A DNA stretch of 63,507 bases, counting the filler, from Collodictyon triciliatum (Eukaryota): assembly GCA_043381765.1 (NCBI GenBank). It is 4 parts of 4 records of this genome, joined end to end, with 100 filler letters (N's around TTAATTAATTAA, not from the genome) between each part and the next. Parts side by side here need not be neighbours in the genome. Positions count along the whole stretch, not along the records: positions 1 to 29,519 come from JBHJMP010000961.1; 3 more parts are not named here. One strand, given 5' to 3'. The position numbers and the translations under genes are program-made. The notes beneath the pieces were generated by a model, which saw nothing but the letters and a program-made list of their open reading frames with translations, did not search any database and was not told the origin of the DNA. Position 1 is the first letter of the stretch; each line of letters starts with the position of its first letter. This document shows positions 1 through 17,700 of the stretch, one piece after another.

Positions 1-127
1 AAAAAGAAAAAAAGAAAAAAAGAAAAAAAGAAAAAAAGAAAAAAAGAAAAAAAGAAAAAAAGAAAAAAGAAAAAAAGAAAAAAAGAAAAAAAGAAAAAAG
101 AAAAAAAGTAAAAAAGAAAAAAAGAAG
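1..127. repeat. (AAAAAAAG)n simple repeat
   Basis: Tandem aaaaaaag units seen directly. Confidence 0.95.
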
Positions 128-1135
128 GAAGGTTACTAGATGGCAACAAGCGGTAAATGTTCACGTCGGCTCTGAGATCAAGATCAGATTTTCGATAGCA
201 AGAAGAAAAAAAAAAGAGTTTACTTGTTGCAATCACGGCTGTCAAAGTCCGATATTTTCCTTCTTCGATCCACTAGAGTCACCACTGACCTTTGAAAGTA
301 GCGATCGTTCTCCTTTGCGAAGAAAAACCCTGCATTACTAGGCAGGTCGAAACAAAAGAAAAAGAAAAAGAAAAAGAAAAAAGAAAAAGAAAAAGAAAAA
401 GAACAAGAAAAAGTCATAAAAAATGCAAACGCTATTCATTGATTTTTTTTCCCTTTTTTTTCTTTGTCTGATTGTTTTCGTTTTATTGTGGGTTAAATCC
501 GGGAAAACTCTATCCGCTATCGCCGCCGGTCCACAGCATCACGTTCGGGCCGTCTATCCCAGGGACGCTCAGCTCGATTCTCTCCCCGAACTCGCTAAGA
601 AACACACGACGTTTGTTCAGATAGCCACGTGCATCTGAGGCCAATTGGCCGAAAACATACTTGGTTGAAACCATATCTGATTCATAGGATATGCATGAAA
701 AGTATACGCTCGTGTACACACCTCAAGCAGCACTTTGAAATGTGGTAGCGCAGATAGTTGTAGTTTTCAATGACTCGGTTATGAATCGAGATGCACTTCT
801 AAAACAACGGTCTATCAGTGTCCTTCCTGATTACACGATTCCACATACAAGAGCAAAGGTTTGCCAAAGCTGCCGCCTCTGAATGGGATATATCGGCGTT
901 GCCCTTTTCAACAACGAATAGCACCTCTGACGATGAAACAAAATAAAAGCAATAACCTGCATATCTACCACTGACGTGTTATACTGCTTGAGAGAGTTCT
1001 CGTATGAGCTTGAAGCATCTATTAGAATCAGTATCGTACATGTCTAGTTATCTCATAGATGTGTTTTCTCTTTTCTCATAATTTTATCATCGTGTGCTTG
1101 ACAAATGGAAAGAAATAGTCCTGGCAATAATCATA

Positions 1136-1420
1136 ACAATAAAAACAATAAAAACAATAAAAACAATAAAAACAATAAAAACAATAAAAACAATAAAAAA
1201 CAATAAAAAACAATAAAAAACAATAAAAAACAATAAAAAACAATAAAAAACAATAAAAAACAATAAAAAACAATAAAAAACAATAAAAAAAACAATAAAA
1301 AACAATAAAAAACAATAAAAAAACAATAAAAAAAACAATAAAAAAACAATAAAAAACAATAAAAAACAATAAAAAAACAATAAAAACAATAAAAAAAATA
1401 AGAACAATAAAAAATAAAAA
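1136..1420. repeat. (CAATAAAAAA)n simple repeat
   Basis: Tandem 9-11 nt units; the reverse-complement array recurs at 20240-20525. Confidence 0.95.
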
Positions 1421-1720
1421 AAGAATGAGTTTTGAAAGTAGATCATCTCAGCTGCCAAGCCTGTTGTTCCTTGAGACCGCAGCGCTTTCAACCAACGGCG
1501 CGCACAAAGTTCCACAAAAACCAGATCAACCGCCTCGTTTGCGTATTCATGCCAAAAATATATTTATACGGTACCGTAAATACAGTTATGCCGGAAACGG
1601 TTTTAATCAATCGATCAATCTGATCGTTTCAACTCAACTCAACTCAACTCAACCCAACACAGACAGACCACTCACAGGTGAACCAAAAAAAGACTTTAAC
1701 ACAAAAGACGAGAAGCAGAG

Positions 1721-2811
1721 ATGCAACACAATCAGCACAAGGCAGGCCTCGCCTTTCTACTCACCCTGACCCTCAGCCTTCTGCACGCACCTTGGGCAGC
1801 AAGCAGCACAGACGCAGGCGGTTTGACTCAGCCCCTTCCAAATACAATCATACATCATCCATCATACATCACCACTAATCATACATCACCACTAATCATA
1901 CATTCATCATACATCATACATCATCCATCATCCATCATCCATCATCCATCATCCATCATCCATCATCCATCATCCATCATCCATCATCCATCATCCGTCA
2001 TCCATCATCCGTCATCCATCATCCATCATACATCATACATCATACATCATACATCATACATCATACATCATACATCATACATCATACATCACCAATCATC
2101 ACATCACCAATCATCACATCACCAATCATCACATCACCAATCATACACCACACAGACTGCCAGCCAGCCAACCAAACATACACGCTGGGCTCACTGATCC
2201 CCGCCAACGCGAGTGTGGGGACGTGGACATTTGTGCACTTCCGGCTCAACGCCACAAAGACGCGCCTGTCGTACCGCGTGGATCTGAGCCTGACCGACGC
2301 AGCCTCGCTGGCCAACGCAGCATCCTTCGCACACCACGGCCGCCCCGCCCGCAACGCATCCTCCTCTGCCGCACTGTGGGGCGGTTCCTGGCGCATCGCC
2401 TTCGTCAGCGGCCTGTGCGTCGGCTCCGAGGCGGGGCCCCTGGACGCGTGCCCGAGTGCCCGCCGCTGCTCGCTTCTGCTGCGCTCCCCGCCCGTTGCGT
2501 GCGCAGACCCGGCCTCGCCCTGGTGCCCTTCCTGGACGGCCACAAACGCCACAGACGCAGCCACAGACGCAGCCACAGCCACAGACGCCGTGGCCCTCCA
2601 CCCCGCCCCGTCCCAGTCCGGCCCGCTCCACGCCGCACCTGCAGGGCTCTGGTACGTCGGCCTCCACGTCACGGCTGCGCCTCCGCTCGCCCCGCACACC
2701 CTCCGCCCCGCCCTTTCATGGGCCATCCACGCAACCCCGGTCAGCTCCGCATCCCTGCTGCACCCGACCCTCGCGGCCTCCCTCGCTTTCCTGCTGCTCT
2801 CTGTCCTCTGA
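1721..2811 (+). CDS. Two-exon secreted, probably GPI-anchored surface glycoprotein (~252 aa), unknown family
   Basis: Exon 1 1721-1820 encodes a signal peptide (MQHNQHKAGLAFLLTLTLSLLHAPWAA). A GT..AG phase-1 intron 1821-2155 filled with CATC repeats joins in frame to exon 2 2156-2811 (DCQPANQTYTLGSLIPANASVGTW...). Several N-x-S/T sites; hydrophobic C-terminus SSASLLHPTLAASLAFLLLSVL. Confidence 0.7.
1850..2145. repeat. Intronic (CATC)/(CATCATA)/(ACATCACCAATCATC) microsatellite
   Basis: Seen directly; it explains the spurious His/Ile-rich ORF translations. Confidence 0.9.
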
Positions 2812-3216
2812 GGAAGGAAACGCCATCTCTTTCTCTCTTGTTCCTCTCTTGTTCATCTTCATCTTCCTCCTCATCTTCCTCCTCATCTTCATCCTTTTCC
2901 TCTTCTTCCTCTCAGCCGTAAAGTACTTTTATGCCCTCGCTGCGCCTTGCTGTCTCTCTCATTCCCTTCACTCTGCACACCTTTGCTGGATTGGTCGCGC
3001 GAAATCATTGTTTTGTCCGTCCGCGCTGCGCTGCATTGTTCTGTTTATCACGGGTTTGGTGTGGCATGGTGTGGGTTGGAGAGGAGGAAAAATTGGGACA
3101 AGCGAGCAGGCTGAGCGACTTGGAAGAGAGGGGGAAAGAGCGAAACAAAACAAAACAAAACAAGGAGTGCGAGGTATCTGTGTGGTGGCGCCATCTGTGT
3201 GGTTGGCAAGGCCAAC

Positions 3217-6186
<2,970 letters not shown>

Positions 6187-7424
6187 GATGGCGTTGGAAG
6201 TGTTGACGTGTGACTTTGATTCCAGCGAATGGCTTCTTGTTTGGAAGCGTGTTACATAACCGATTCATAAACACATTGATCATTTGGAAGCATGTGCTTG
6301 AGTTTTCCTCGTTATTTGCAATATATATATATGTATATATTTATGTATGTATACTTTTGTTCGTTCTACTTATTGAAATAAAAGCACCAAACAACCCCAA
6401 CAACCAATATGAAAGACGAGCATTCATGCATACGCATGTGAAATCAAAAAGCAAGCAAGAAATTAAAAGATGGGGCGATTTTGTATAAAGGGGGAGAGTT
6501 GGCGGAATGTTATGCAAGTAGTCTGGCCATATTAAAGGCTGCGGTCATTAACGGCCCTGCACAAGTAAATAAATGGAAAAAGAAAAATAACCAAAAGTTG
6601 GTCAATGTCAGACAGCAAACACCACACAGATTCCCCTTCCACGACATTGCAAACGTGGACAATCCTAACCAAAAATACAACCAAAAAAAATTGGGGGTTG
6701 AAGTGCCTGGCGAGGCCTCTCACTCGGGCGCTGATTGGCGTGGAAAACTCTGCGTGACTCGTGGGTGAAGAGAAAGCAGAGCGGCTTCGTTTTGTGATTG
6801 GACTCGCATCGTTGTGAAATGTTGCTGTTGACTAATATAAGGGCCATGCTTTCGGAGAGTAGTACTGTCCATATATATACACATGGTTACATATATCTTC
6901 TGCAATTGTGCATTATGATTGCCTATTGAGTCATTATTAATCAATAAAAACGTTGAATTTATATAAAATCCAGATTTAGATATTGATGTCATCACATGAT
7001 TTCGAGCAGTTCCATATTCGTGCCAGTTTCTCCTAACGCGATACTTAACGCGTTATTGGCGCTCGTTTTTTTTCCCCTTCCTTTTTGGTGAGAAATCACA
7101 ACCCATCACAAGAAAATGGTTGATAGGCGATGGTGGCAAGGAAGGCGAGGTTCAGCATTATGATTTAGTCGTGTCGAATCGTCCGCGATGGAGCAGGATT
7201 GAGAAAATGAAGGTCAACTGGAAAAAGGGGCTTCTTTGGCCAAGGCGCTTTCACACACAAACTATGCTTGCTGGTCGGCCTTCTTCGACTTTCGGCCTTG
7301 CTTGCCCTGTGATGATGGTGATGTTAGTGATGGTGTTCTGAGCGATGGTGTTGTTAGTGATGGTGTTGCTGGTGATGCCGTCTTGGAGAACCTCGTTTGA
7401 AATGCTCTAACCATTCTACCAATT

Positions 7425-10400
7425 TCAACATTCTTTTCTCTTGCGGCTCAATCGCAATCACATTTTATTTTAACTTTTCTTCTTTTTTTTTTAACGGTTT
7501 ATGATTTGTGCATTTACGTAGAAAACACTTACGGATTCGACGCCACCAAAGACGGCAGAAGGGACGCTGAGTTGCTCGACGGCAAGTTCCACTAATGCAA
7601 CACCAGAAGATGTAGTGGTGTTATTGGGATGTGCATAGTTGTCATGAATATTTCATTTATTTACATGGATTGTGATATGATTTCAGGAACGAATCGTCAT
7701 GAAGGACAAGAGCAGCGTGCTGATAAGTAAACAAAGAGGGATGATGCACAAAATTATACCGTCTTTATCCTCTTCTTCGTCTTCGTCAGAGTTTTCTTCT
7801 TCCATGGAGGCGATAACTCTTGGCTGTGGCTTGCTATGTAACCAACAAACCAATAAATAAATAAATAAATAAAAAAAGAGTTCTCATTTTCAAAAGAAAA
7901 GAAACGGAAGAAAAATGACATAAAAAACCATAATCTCATTTCATAGAATATCATACGCGAATTGCGGTTGTGAGCTTGTGGTAACGACCATCGGTGTGTT
8001 TCTCTTCTCTCCTTTACAGGCGCATAGAGCATCCAATTAGTATCTTTTTTTTTTTTATTTTTTTTTTATCAAAACACCAGTATATTATGAGGAAGAAAGC
8101 GAAAATATACAATATTCCAACCAGTTTCCTTACTCTTCTCATCCTCGTCTGATTCTTCATTCTTCTCAGATGCATTTTCACTTCCTTGCAGTTTCATGGC
8201 CGTGTCTGTTGCAGCAACGAAGTTGAACTAAATTGGAATGTGGTTCATTTTTTGTAATATATACCCATCAAAGACATTCATAACTTACCCTTCAATTTCA
8301 AATATTCATCATTAAATTGAAATTCGGTAACTTTCACAGTAAGATAACAAGAGAAAAAAGGGCGGTTTGAGAGAAAGTTTTTTTTTTAATAATATTTAAT
8401 ACATAAATATAAATGAGCTAGAGCCATACTGTAGATTTGAAGTGAGTTTGGACACTTCGTTTGATTCGCATCATTTCTCGGAAGGTTTCGGCATTTCCGT
8501 ACTGAACCTCGAATTCCTGCCATTTCTCCCAATAATGCGGTACATACTATCCATTTGGAATTTAGTATATTTTTCTTCCATAAAGTAATATTCGTATTAT
8601 TACACCTGTGACAATAATATCATGTGATACTATTTAAAAAGACACACCAGAGGTGTGTACGGTCACCTTCATCGGGCGCATAAAACAGAAAAGAAAGATA
8701 GATAACATGGATTATTTTTAAAAAAGAATATGGACAAATAAAAACACACTCTCGGGTCACTGAATTGGGAGCCATATGTATAAATTGCGCGTGCACGGTC
8801 GATCTCGCTGAGTTTTTGCTCCAAGTCGGCGAAGCGGATGCACATATCGATGGCATATTTCTCTGGCAACACCTAATACCAAATATTATATGTAATTGTA
8901 CGCAGGAATTTCGTAACTCTGGCATGCCTAAATAATAAATTAACGAAAGGAAGCCGAAATAGCAAACGCGTGATAGTGTCTGGTAAAAAAAAAAAAAAAT
9001 TCAAAGAGAGCATAATATTACTTCTTTCCCTTTGCTTACCTCGATGGCCTTTTCATATATTTCTCTAGTGTTAATAACGCCAAAGTATTCACTTGCGCGG
9101 CTGATGTAAATGTTGTAAACCTGAATATATTATGTTGGTGAGAATAGACTAGACACAAAAGAATAAAGAAAGGAAAAAAAGGAAAAAAGGAAAGGGAGAA
9201 AGGAAAAAGAAAAGGAGAAAGGAAAAAGAAAAGGAGAAAGGAAAAAAGGAGAAAAGGAGAAAAGGAGAAAAGGAGAAAAGGAGAAAAGGAGAAAAGGAGA
9301 AAAGGAGAAAAGAAGAAAAGAAGAAAAGGAGAAAAGGAGAAAAAGAAGAGGAAAAAGAAAAGGAAAAAAGAAAAGGAAAAAAGAAAAGGAAAAAAAAAGA
9401 AAAGGAAAAAAAGAAAAGGAAAAAAAGAAGAGGATAAAAAGAAGAGGAAAAAAAGAAGAGGATAAAAAGAAGAGGATAAAAAGAAGAGGATAAAAAGAAG
9501 AGGATAAAAAGAAGAGGAAAAAAAGAAGAGGAAAAAGGAGAAAGGAAAAAGAGAAAGGAAAAAGGTAAGAAAAGGAAAGGGAATGAGAAGGGAAAAAAAT
9601 GAATATAAACCTCCATCTTTTCTTGGTCGGGAAGTGCTTGGACAGCTCGGTTGTAAATATTCATAGCGTGCTTGCACAACCCATGGTCCTAATTAAAATT
9701 GAATAAGACATATATCCATCGTAACTGTGGTCGATTTATTAGCAAATAAGTATATATGTGATGAATATGTTATTTTAAATCTTGTCCACGTGCCTCTTCC
9801 AACTTGGCGTACATAAGAAAGAATTCCTTGGCTTGGTCGTTGGGTACCTTCTCAAGAACCTGCTCAAACAAATCACGAGCTCGTTCGAGTTTCTTGCCTC
9901 CCTGATAGTAGAATAAATAATCTTAACAAGCCACTTTGTGTATCCTCCATAGAGAATTATCATATGCATATGTATTTTGAACGTTATTCATTTTCAATCA
10001 GACAAACGTAGCGTGCGATAAATTTGCTCAAGTATGCAATCCAAATCTCTTTCACAATAGGGAAATCAAACGAAGAGACTCCTCGTTCATAAATCTGGAA
10101 ATGACATGGTTGCTTCATAAGTCACCCTTTCAACAAATTTCATCAGGAAAATTATTCACTCATCCTCTATAACTAGGAAAGAAAATGAATCTTCTACCTT
10201 GAAAGACTCCTCGAAATACTTGTTGGTTTCAAGGAATGTCGCGTAGTTGAGAATAATCTGTTTTTTTTTTTTTTCGCATATCAGACACAAATATATTATA
10301 TGAAGATGTATGTCTACCCGATCATAAATAAACAAATCATGAATAAGAGAATAAAAATGAATAACCTGAGGTGTAGATATGTTCAAATCCAGTATTTGGT

Positions 10401-13400
10401 CATAAATGGCCTTCGTCGAAAGGTAGGTACCTTAATTATTATAATAATATTTTGCATCAGTGACTGATAGGGGGTTTCCAAAAGTTGAAAACAAAAAGAA
10501 TAAGAAATTAAGAAAAGAAGGAAAATTCCGTATGTTAAAGAACCACAGAGTTTAATTTGAAAAATACCAAGACTTTCCTCTAAGTCAGCATACAGAGACC
10601 ATACTCGCAGGGATTTGTAAAGCCTTTGTTGAGGAGTGGCTTCCTGATAATTTGTATTTCTCATTTTTGGTACAGTGTGTGTCTGGTGAAAAATAAAAAT
10701 ACTAATAAAGAGGGATAGATCCAAAGCTGCTCTAATCAAAGGCTCTCAAGATGCTGCTGACCTCATCAAAGAAGCTTTTTCTGAGATGTGGCGGAGGAAT
10801 CCGTGTTGCTTTTTGCATAACTGTAATGGCTGTTTTGAAGTTTCTGAAAGGGATTAAGCATATCATTGAATAAATAACAGGTAAAATCTTATTTTTTAAA
10901 AACAAAAGAAACAAAAATAGCCATACATTATAAAAAAATTAAGGTAAAAATTTGTTCTTTATGGAAACCTACTTGTGCCTCAGCTCCATCTCCGCATACT
11001 CACACCAAACTTGAGCCAAATCGTCTACTGTTTTGTATTTTGCCTGTGAAATAGAACACATTAACCGATGCAATATCATTGATTTTAAAAAACACTGATG
11101 CTATGATATAATCTCAAGAAAAACTTGCTTCGGCCGCTTTTTCAAAGATAACTCTGGCATTCTGGATATCATCATGGTCTTCGTAGTGCTTTTGATTTTA
11201 TGAAAATCAGAAATCAATACAGAAAGTTTAGTCTACTTGAAAAAAGGAAAAGGAAAAGGAAAAGGAAAAGGAAAAGGAAAAGGAAAGAAAATGATGAAAG
11301 CTTGATTTTTCCCTCCAGATCTGTCATTTTCGACTTCAGAGGTAGTTAGAATGAAATTTAGAAAATTTTAAGGAGAAGAAAAAACTAGAACTCACCCTGG
11401 CAAATCTAATCCATAGTGTATTTGCCTTTCCAACTGCCTTTTCAGGATCGACCGTTTTCACTGCTTGGACGTAGACACCGACTTGCTATTTATTCATTCA
11501 ACTCAAAGTATTAAACATTTGCATAAACTTACTTTCAAAAAGTCTAAATAATAAGGAGTTTATAGTTAACTTACCGCAGCTGGGTCATCCTTGAAAATGT
11601 CCACCCTTTTCATCCATTCGTGAACATTGTGCGGATTTTGTCGCAAAAGAACACTGTTTGTTTGGAGTCGTGAGGTGTTTGTTTTCTATCTTGGTGTGCA
11701 ACAGCTACTCGATTGTACTCGGAACAAGATATCATGAAAGTTCAATTGATTATTGGATGCAATATCAAACCTGTTCACTAGTTCGGGTCTTCTGTTCATC
11801 AGGTTTTCCAAGCGAGCGAGTCTCATGTCTAGATCTACATTCTCTAGGGTGAGGTCATCCTCTTCGTCTAATAATCAATACAATTAGAACAGAAAGAAAA
11901 GTCGGTATTGAACTATTTTATGAAAAGCCACTTTTTTCACAAGGGTTACAAAAATTCACCAATATGATTTTCTTCGGCATCTTCCATCTTTGCCGATAAA
12001 ACACTAGTGGTGGATGGTGCGAAAATTAGAAATACAGACAGGATAAGCAAGAGTTCAACTGCAGCATAATTTTTTTTTTAAAAAAAAACGATGGAAATTA
12101 CGATTCTTCAAATTGGGTGTAGGCATCGAATATCTGACTAAAATCTCTGACTGTCAATACAGTATTAATTCCTTCTTCCAAAACATCACGTGCCTGAATA
12201 GAATTTATGGGATGAAAGAAATCAAATATTGTGAATACAAGCAAAGAAGAGCAGAACAAACTGCGATGATATATACATATATATTAAAATACTGAATACT
12301 TAATGAAAGAAAAGGAACCCTTTCAAAATGGCCCAGACGAATGTAGTAGTTCGCTAGTGACGTCCACAAAACGCCTACTTCATCAGTATATTTTGATAAG
12401 GCACTCCGAATAATAGGGTCAATCTTCAAATCTCCCATCCTAAACGTGGTAATATTTTTTTTGGATAAAACAAATTGAAGCTCACAATTGATTCAAGAGA
12501 ACCATGTGTTAAGTTCATAGCATAGTAAGCACACGATAACACAACAGAGCCAAAACACACTTTTCTGGGTGCTTTGATGCTATATCACAAAGCTCAATCC
12601 ATAGCTGGTGCTTGGTTTTTCCAGTTGGAGAGACGTAGCCTTGATCGTTGACAATCTTTTGGCGAAAAAAAAAAAAGATAAGGTCGAGCACATGCAACAA
12701 TTAAAATTAGGTAACTTTCGCCTAAACTATATTGTGCTTCAGTTACCTCGGCAATCCAGTGGGCTGCCTCTTGAAAATGGCCGATGCTCTTTAAATATTC
12801 GATGTATTCCTCTGCATGGTCTCGTTCAATCTAAAGTTGATGTAGAGATGTGTTCCGTATAAATAAGGTGTTGAGGTATGAAGCTTCCCCATCAGCGTCA
12901 AAGTTAGCGACTCGAGCCACAATAAAACCAAAGGAAAAAAAAGGCAATTCAAAAGATTTAACAGCAAACCTTCAGATATCGACGAAAGACGCGAATGGCA
13001 GTTTCAGGGACGTTTGCTTTGCGAACAAAATCGAGATAGAGAGGCCAAATTCTTTCATGTTGGGTGATCGGCAGAGATTTCAGCGCTCTATTTGCATAAT
13101 TGAATTACATGATATCAAATAAGAGGAAGCCACAGTAAATCAATTCAAATCTCAATGAAGCATATCACTTGAGTCTGTCTCTACTTACCTGTCAAAAGTT
13201 CTCCGAGTTTTTGTTATTCTGTGTTGATCGACAAGAAATTGACTATATTCTATCCATATTCTTGGCATCTAATGTAGAAGGAAGAGTCATTAATGACAAA
13301 GCAAATGCTTGTAAAACGATATGATCTTTCATATAACTAACAAGAAATGGCGAAATTACTTTGTGCATGTAAACCAACGCTCTTTCGTGGACATGGTTCA

Positions 13401-14357
13401 CCGATTCATATGCAGGGTCACCAAATCTACGCCCACGAACCTATAATTTATTTCATATTTCCTCTGTCAGAAACCCGAAACCAGATGAAAAGGAAAGATA
13501 AAAAATCCTGATAATAGTGATTGATTAATGTCAGCTATGTCTATGTCATATGGGAAAACCTGGTCACGTCTTTCTCGAAGGTAATTGGACCAAAGTTTGT
13601 AACTTCCAGGGAGTTCCTTCAATGCTCGTTCGTATCTAACCAATAAAAAAAATTATCATATCTATTCACCATCTTCGAATAAAGTATTCAGCCATAATAG
13701 AATGAAACCACATCAAGTTTTTATGCATTAAAAGAAAAAAAAAGAGGGATTTCATAGCAAACCATTTGGAATGTTGTAATGCTTTTGTGTTTTATAAAGA
13801 GAGATACGATTCAGATATCACAATTTTCAGATATTTCATTTTAATTGTTTTCTAATTAATTTTTAAAACCAATAAACGAGGAGATGTAGAAAAAGACAAA
13901 TACATAAGGTTGCGATCTTTGTTGGAGGCTGATTTTTTGTGCTCGAGATATGTCCACCAGGCTTTCAGGCTGAAACGATTACGCGAAATAACCTCTTCGA
14001 ATGGGATGTCCTCGATTTCCTTCACATTTGTTTTGAGGAATGCGAAAAAAGAAAAAAACAATTACAAAAAACAAGAAAACAAAAACAAGAAAACAAAAAC
14101 AAGAAAAAGAAAAAGAAAAAGAAAAGAAAAAGAAAAAGAAAAAGAAAAAGAAAAAGAAAAAGAAAAAGAAAAAGAAAAAGAAAAAGAAAAAGAAAAAGAA
14201 AAAGAAAAAGAAAAAGAAAAAACAACGAAGCTGATTTGATCGAGAGAAAGTGGGCGCAACAGGAAGGAAATCCTGCTCGGTGAAATGGTTCGAAGGTGCG
14301 TTTCCCTATAAGGCTTACCAGATGCAGTTCAAAGTCCTCGGCCGTTGAGTCTTCCAT
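7425..14357 (-). CDS. SYF1: Pre-mRNA splicing factor SYF1/XAB2 (HAT repeats), many exons
   Basis: Exons encode EDIPFEEVISRNRFSLKAWWTYLEHK, YERALKELPGSYKLW, MPRIW, ALKSLPITQHERIWPLY, LLRQNPHNVHEW, LYKSLRVWSLYADLEES, KLERARDLFEQ, FADLEQKLSEIDRARAIY and C-terminal VPSAVFG. The last exon and stop are approximate. Confidence 0.93.
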
Positions 14358-14721
14358 GTCCTGTGCTTCTCTTGTTAGCGGACTGTTGATGGGACTTCAA
14401 GTTTGATCGCGCTTGTGATTTGATGAGTGAGATTTGATGAGGTTGTGATTTGGTGGTTGCTATTTCGTACTGTTTTTGTAGCTTTAAATTTAGAATAAAG
14501 AAATTTCCATTTGCGGAAAATACAGAGCCAGCCCGCACTCCCAACACAACAACTGCTGTTTCTCTGGTGTCCATGCTTTTTCCTATGCATTTGCTGGTGG
14601 CGATGGGCTCGCTCATGCTTCCATGGATGCAATCAGGCTTGGTTTGGCGCTGTGATAAGTCTCATGTGACTAGCGTTCGATATCGTTGCCCTCAAGCGAC
14701 GAGGCTCTTGTTAAGGATTTA

Positions 14722-17700
14722 TTACTCACAAAGAGTTTGAATGACCGTGCCGTCATCCAACTCACATCGATTCTCCACTGTGATTTCATCTTCGCCGATC
14801 CATTCAACATTCTTGATATAAATATCCCAAACGTTCACATGGTCTTTGATTTGATAAATGGAGAATCTATCCCCCATCTTGGTTTCTATCTGCATCAAGT
14901 AGTGGATATCGAGGCCTCCCATTTTTCCAATATAGCTGTACACATTTTCAGTTACCTGAATGGTGGATGAGATGGACGAAATATTAACCCTGTCAATCTG
15001 CTGAACTGATTAATAAAGTAAGAAATAAATTGTATGACCTTACATATATATTTCCTTCAAGTGTGTGTCTCGTGGTGTACAGGGCCCTGGAAACTGCAGT
15101 ATGTTTGCCACTTATCAAATTGAAGAGAAATTATGCAGTTTTTTTTCTTTCGAATATGTACCTGGTAACCCCGCGCAATCAAAAACGAAGTGGTGTTTTC
15201 CTGGAATTCAATAAGAGGTCAAACACAGAAAAAGTATGTTCAAAATGACTTTGACCAGATATACGATAAATATCAACCAATCAGCCCACAGACTATGTCT
15301 CCGATGTCTATTACTATTTTTGCCCTAAATGATTGTACAATTGGATTCCTAATCAACTCGAGTGCGGACTGAACCTGCACGGTAGTAATATTTGAAGTTA
15401 AAGATAAAGCTCTAATAAACAAGTTTCCATAATTATCGGATATAGCACTATTGATATTTACCTGAAAAGAGAACGAAATACATCTTTTGATATAATCATC
15501 ATCATCATCAAGTTTTCTGTCCGATGAGCCTACTCCAGGTTCGCAAACAATCTACTTGGTATATGATTAGACAAAGTTTTTAAACTAATTTCATTTCCGT
15601 ATGTTTGGGAAGGAAGAAATCCACATCGATAACAAACAGGATGACACTCACTATGACACACGAGCCGTTGTTTTTAACCATTCTCAGTCTGTAGTAAACA
15701 CACATATTTTCAATCAACCTTATACAACCTATTCATTAAAAATTTTTTAAGAAAATAGTTTATGATATTGTTACAGAAAAATTGCCTGATATTATATCAA
15801 AATCTTGACTTATTGACGCACGAAGGTCGTATACATTGTTAATTTGGATATCCAAAGATATAATAGCAGCATTCTCTAATATTTGATAAGCCTTCCTAAT
15901 ATCATGAGGAGTTGCACCGATGATATCTTTGTTGAGTGTTGACAGAAGTGCACTTTCGTACGTTTTCTTTTCGTTTGTCTGCTTTTCGATAGCCTATTGC
16001 ATTTTTAATTCATTTTTTTATTATATGCAAGGTGGATAAAAGTTATCAGGATTTATAGTTTTAGTTTTAGTGTTCTTTTTCTTTTCTCTTTCTCTTAACA
16101 ATTATTTTGGTAAAATTACCAACCAAGAATACAATCATTCAAAGTAACATATGGTAATACAGCTCTTACATGTTTCAAATATTTTACATCCAAGTATTCT
16201 CTTCTTGAGGAAATATCCCTTGACATTGTGAAAACCGAAAAAAATATAAAAGCAGAGATGATATTATTAGCATACAAGATAAATGGGCTACTTGAACCGC
16301 TGCTTGCATCACTATTGTGGAAAAAATCAAAGTTTATATGTATAATCATTTTCTCAGTAAACTAATTAATATGTTTTGATTATGATTATGATTATGATTA
16401 TCGCATAAGATTCGTACTTGATGAGGTAAAAGTATTCCGCCATGATATATCCACTGTATGCAACCCACAATAAGAATTGAATCAAAAAGAATACTGGAGT
16501 TATTGTGACAGATGAGACAAAGTATATGGCAATCTGATAAATTTCAGAGTATAGGAATAAAAATGGACGCCATCCTATAGGACATGTCAGACCAAATCCA
16601 CCAAAAATATACTCCAATCGTAAAAGGGAAAGTGCACCATATACAGTTCCCACAATAAGCGGGATATCCCACGTTCCTAAAAGCCTGCTTCCTCTGGCAT
16701 CGGTGTGCTTTCCGAGGAAAAAACACACTGACAGAACAATTATGACCGGTATACCAACTGTGATACGAATCCACAGAACAGCATTTGTCTTCATATCAAA
16801 ATTACTGCATGTCCTCAATATTTCGTAGTCAATATACCCGTAAATGATGGAGCAAATGGTAGCAGATGATGCCTGGATTCTTAATTTTTATGATTTTAAT
16901 ATAGATGCGTTACACAGGATGAAAAAGGATAAATTCTTTGTTAATGTGAGTAAAATTACTTGGTTACTAAACAATTTCTGCGAGTTTTGAGGCTGTGTTG
17001 AAAACTCTGCTCCTCTATAGCGTCTCTGAAACGAAGGTCGCCCACATATGCGACAAGACCTCGTTCTCTTTTTGCTACAGCAAATGGACTTGTTGCGTCC
17101 TGGATACGTAAATCATTTTTGAATGTGAATTATTCGCTATAAAACAAACTAACATGAATTAATTGGCTAATTTTGAGATATTAATGGAACGGCAGATTAC
17201 GTGTTGGATTTTAAATTCAAGTTCATCATCTAAATCCTTATTATTTTGATTCGTTTCCCCAATCAGTGTGTATGGACAGGGCGGTTCTGAATTCAATAGT
17301 GCATCTTCATTCATGCGAAACTCGTAAATACTGGAGTCGGCAATCATATCTGGCAATCGTTGGAAGAAACAAAGGGAAAGCTATAGAAATTAATCATTGA
17401 TAATAAGACCATGAAGCCGCTCTAAAAAGCTTTAGATGTACCAATTTTACAGCTGCTACCTTTCGCACGGTATCATTCATCCATAAATCCTTCGTGGCCT
17501 CATCAACAATTACGGTCCATTGCGAACCATAATCGTTGCATAACATCGCCTGATCAAAACCTTATGAGGAGGAAAAAAGTCGTAAAGACAGTATATATCT
17601 CTTTGATATTCTTCTGTTCTGGATTGTAACTTATGGCAAACCACTTCCGATGATATTAAATGAAAGCTTTGAATTCTCCACTATTCCGCCACGCACATAA

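Noticed and set aside
130-720. Possible minus-strand exons at the window start
   Set aside because: Splice-like signals exist, but no recognisable product or consistent gene model.
1076-1515. Phe/Ile/Cys-rich ORFs here and at 9036-9679, 13910-14283, 20123-20674, 29564-30366 and 40629-41317
   Set aside because: Translations of microsatellites, mostly intronic; only short terminal parts are real exons.
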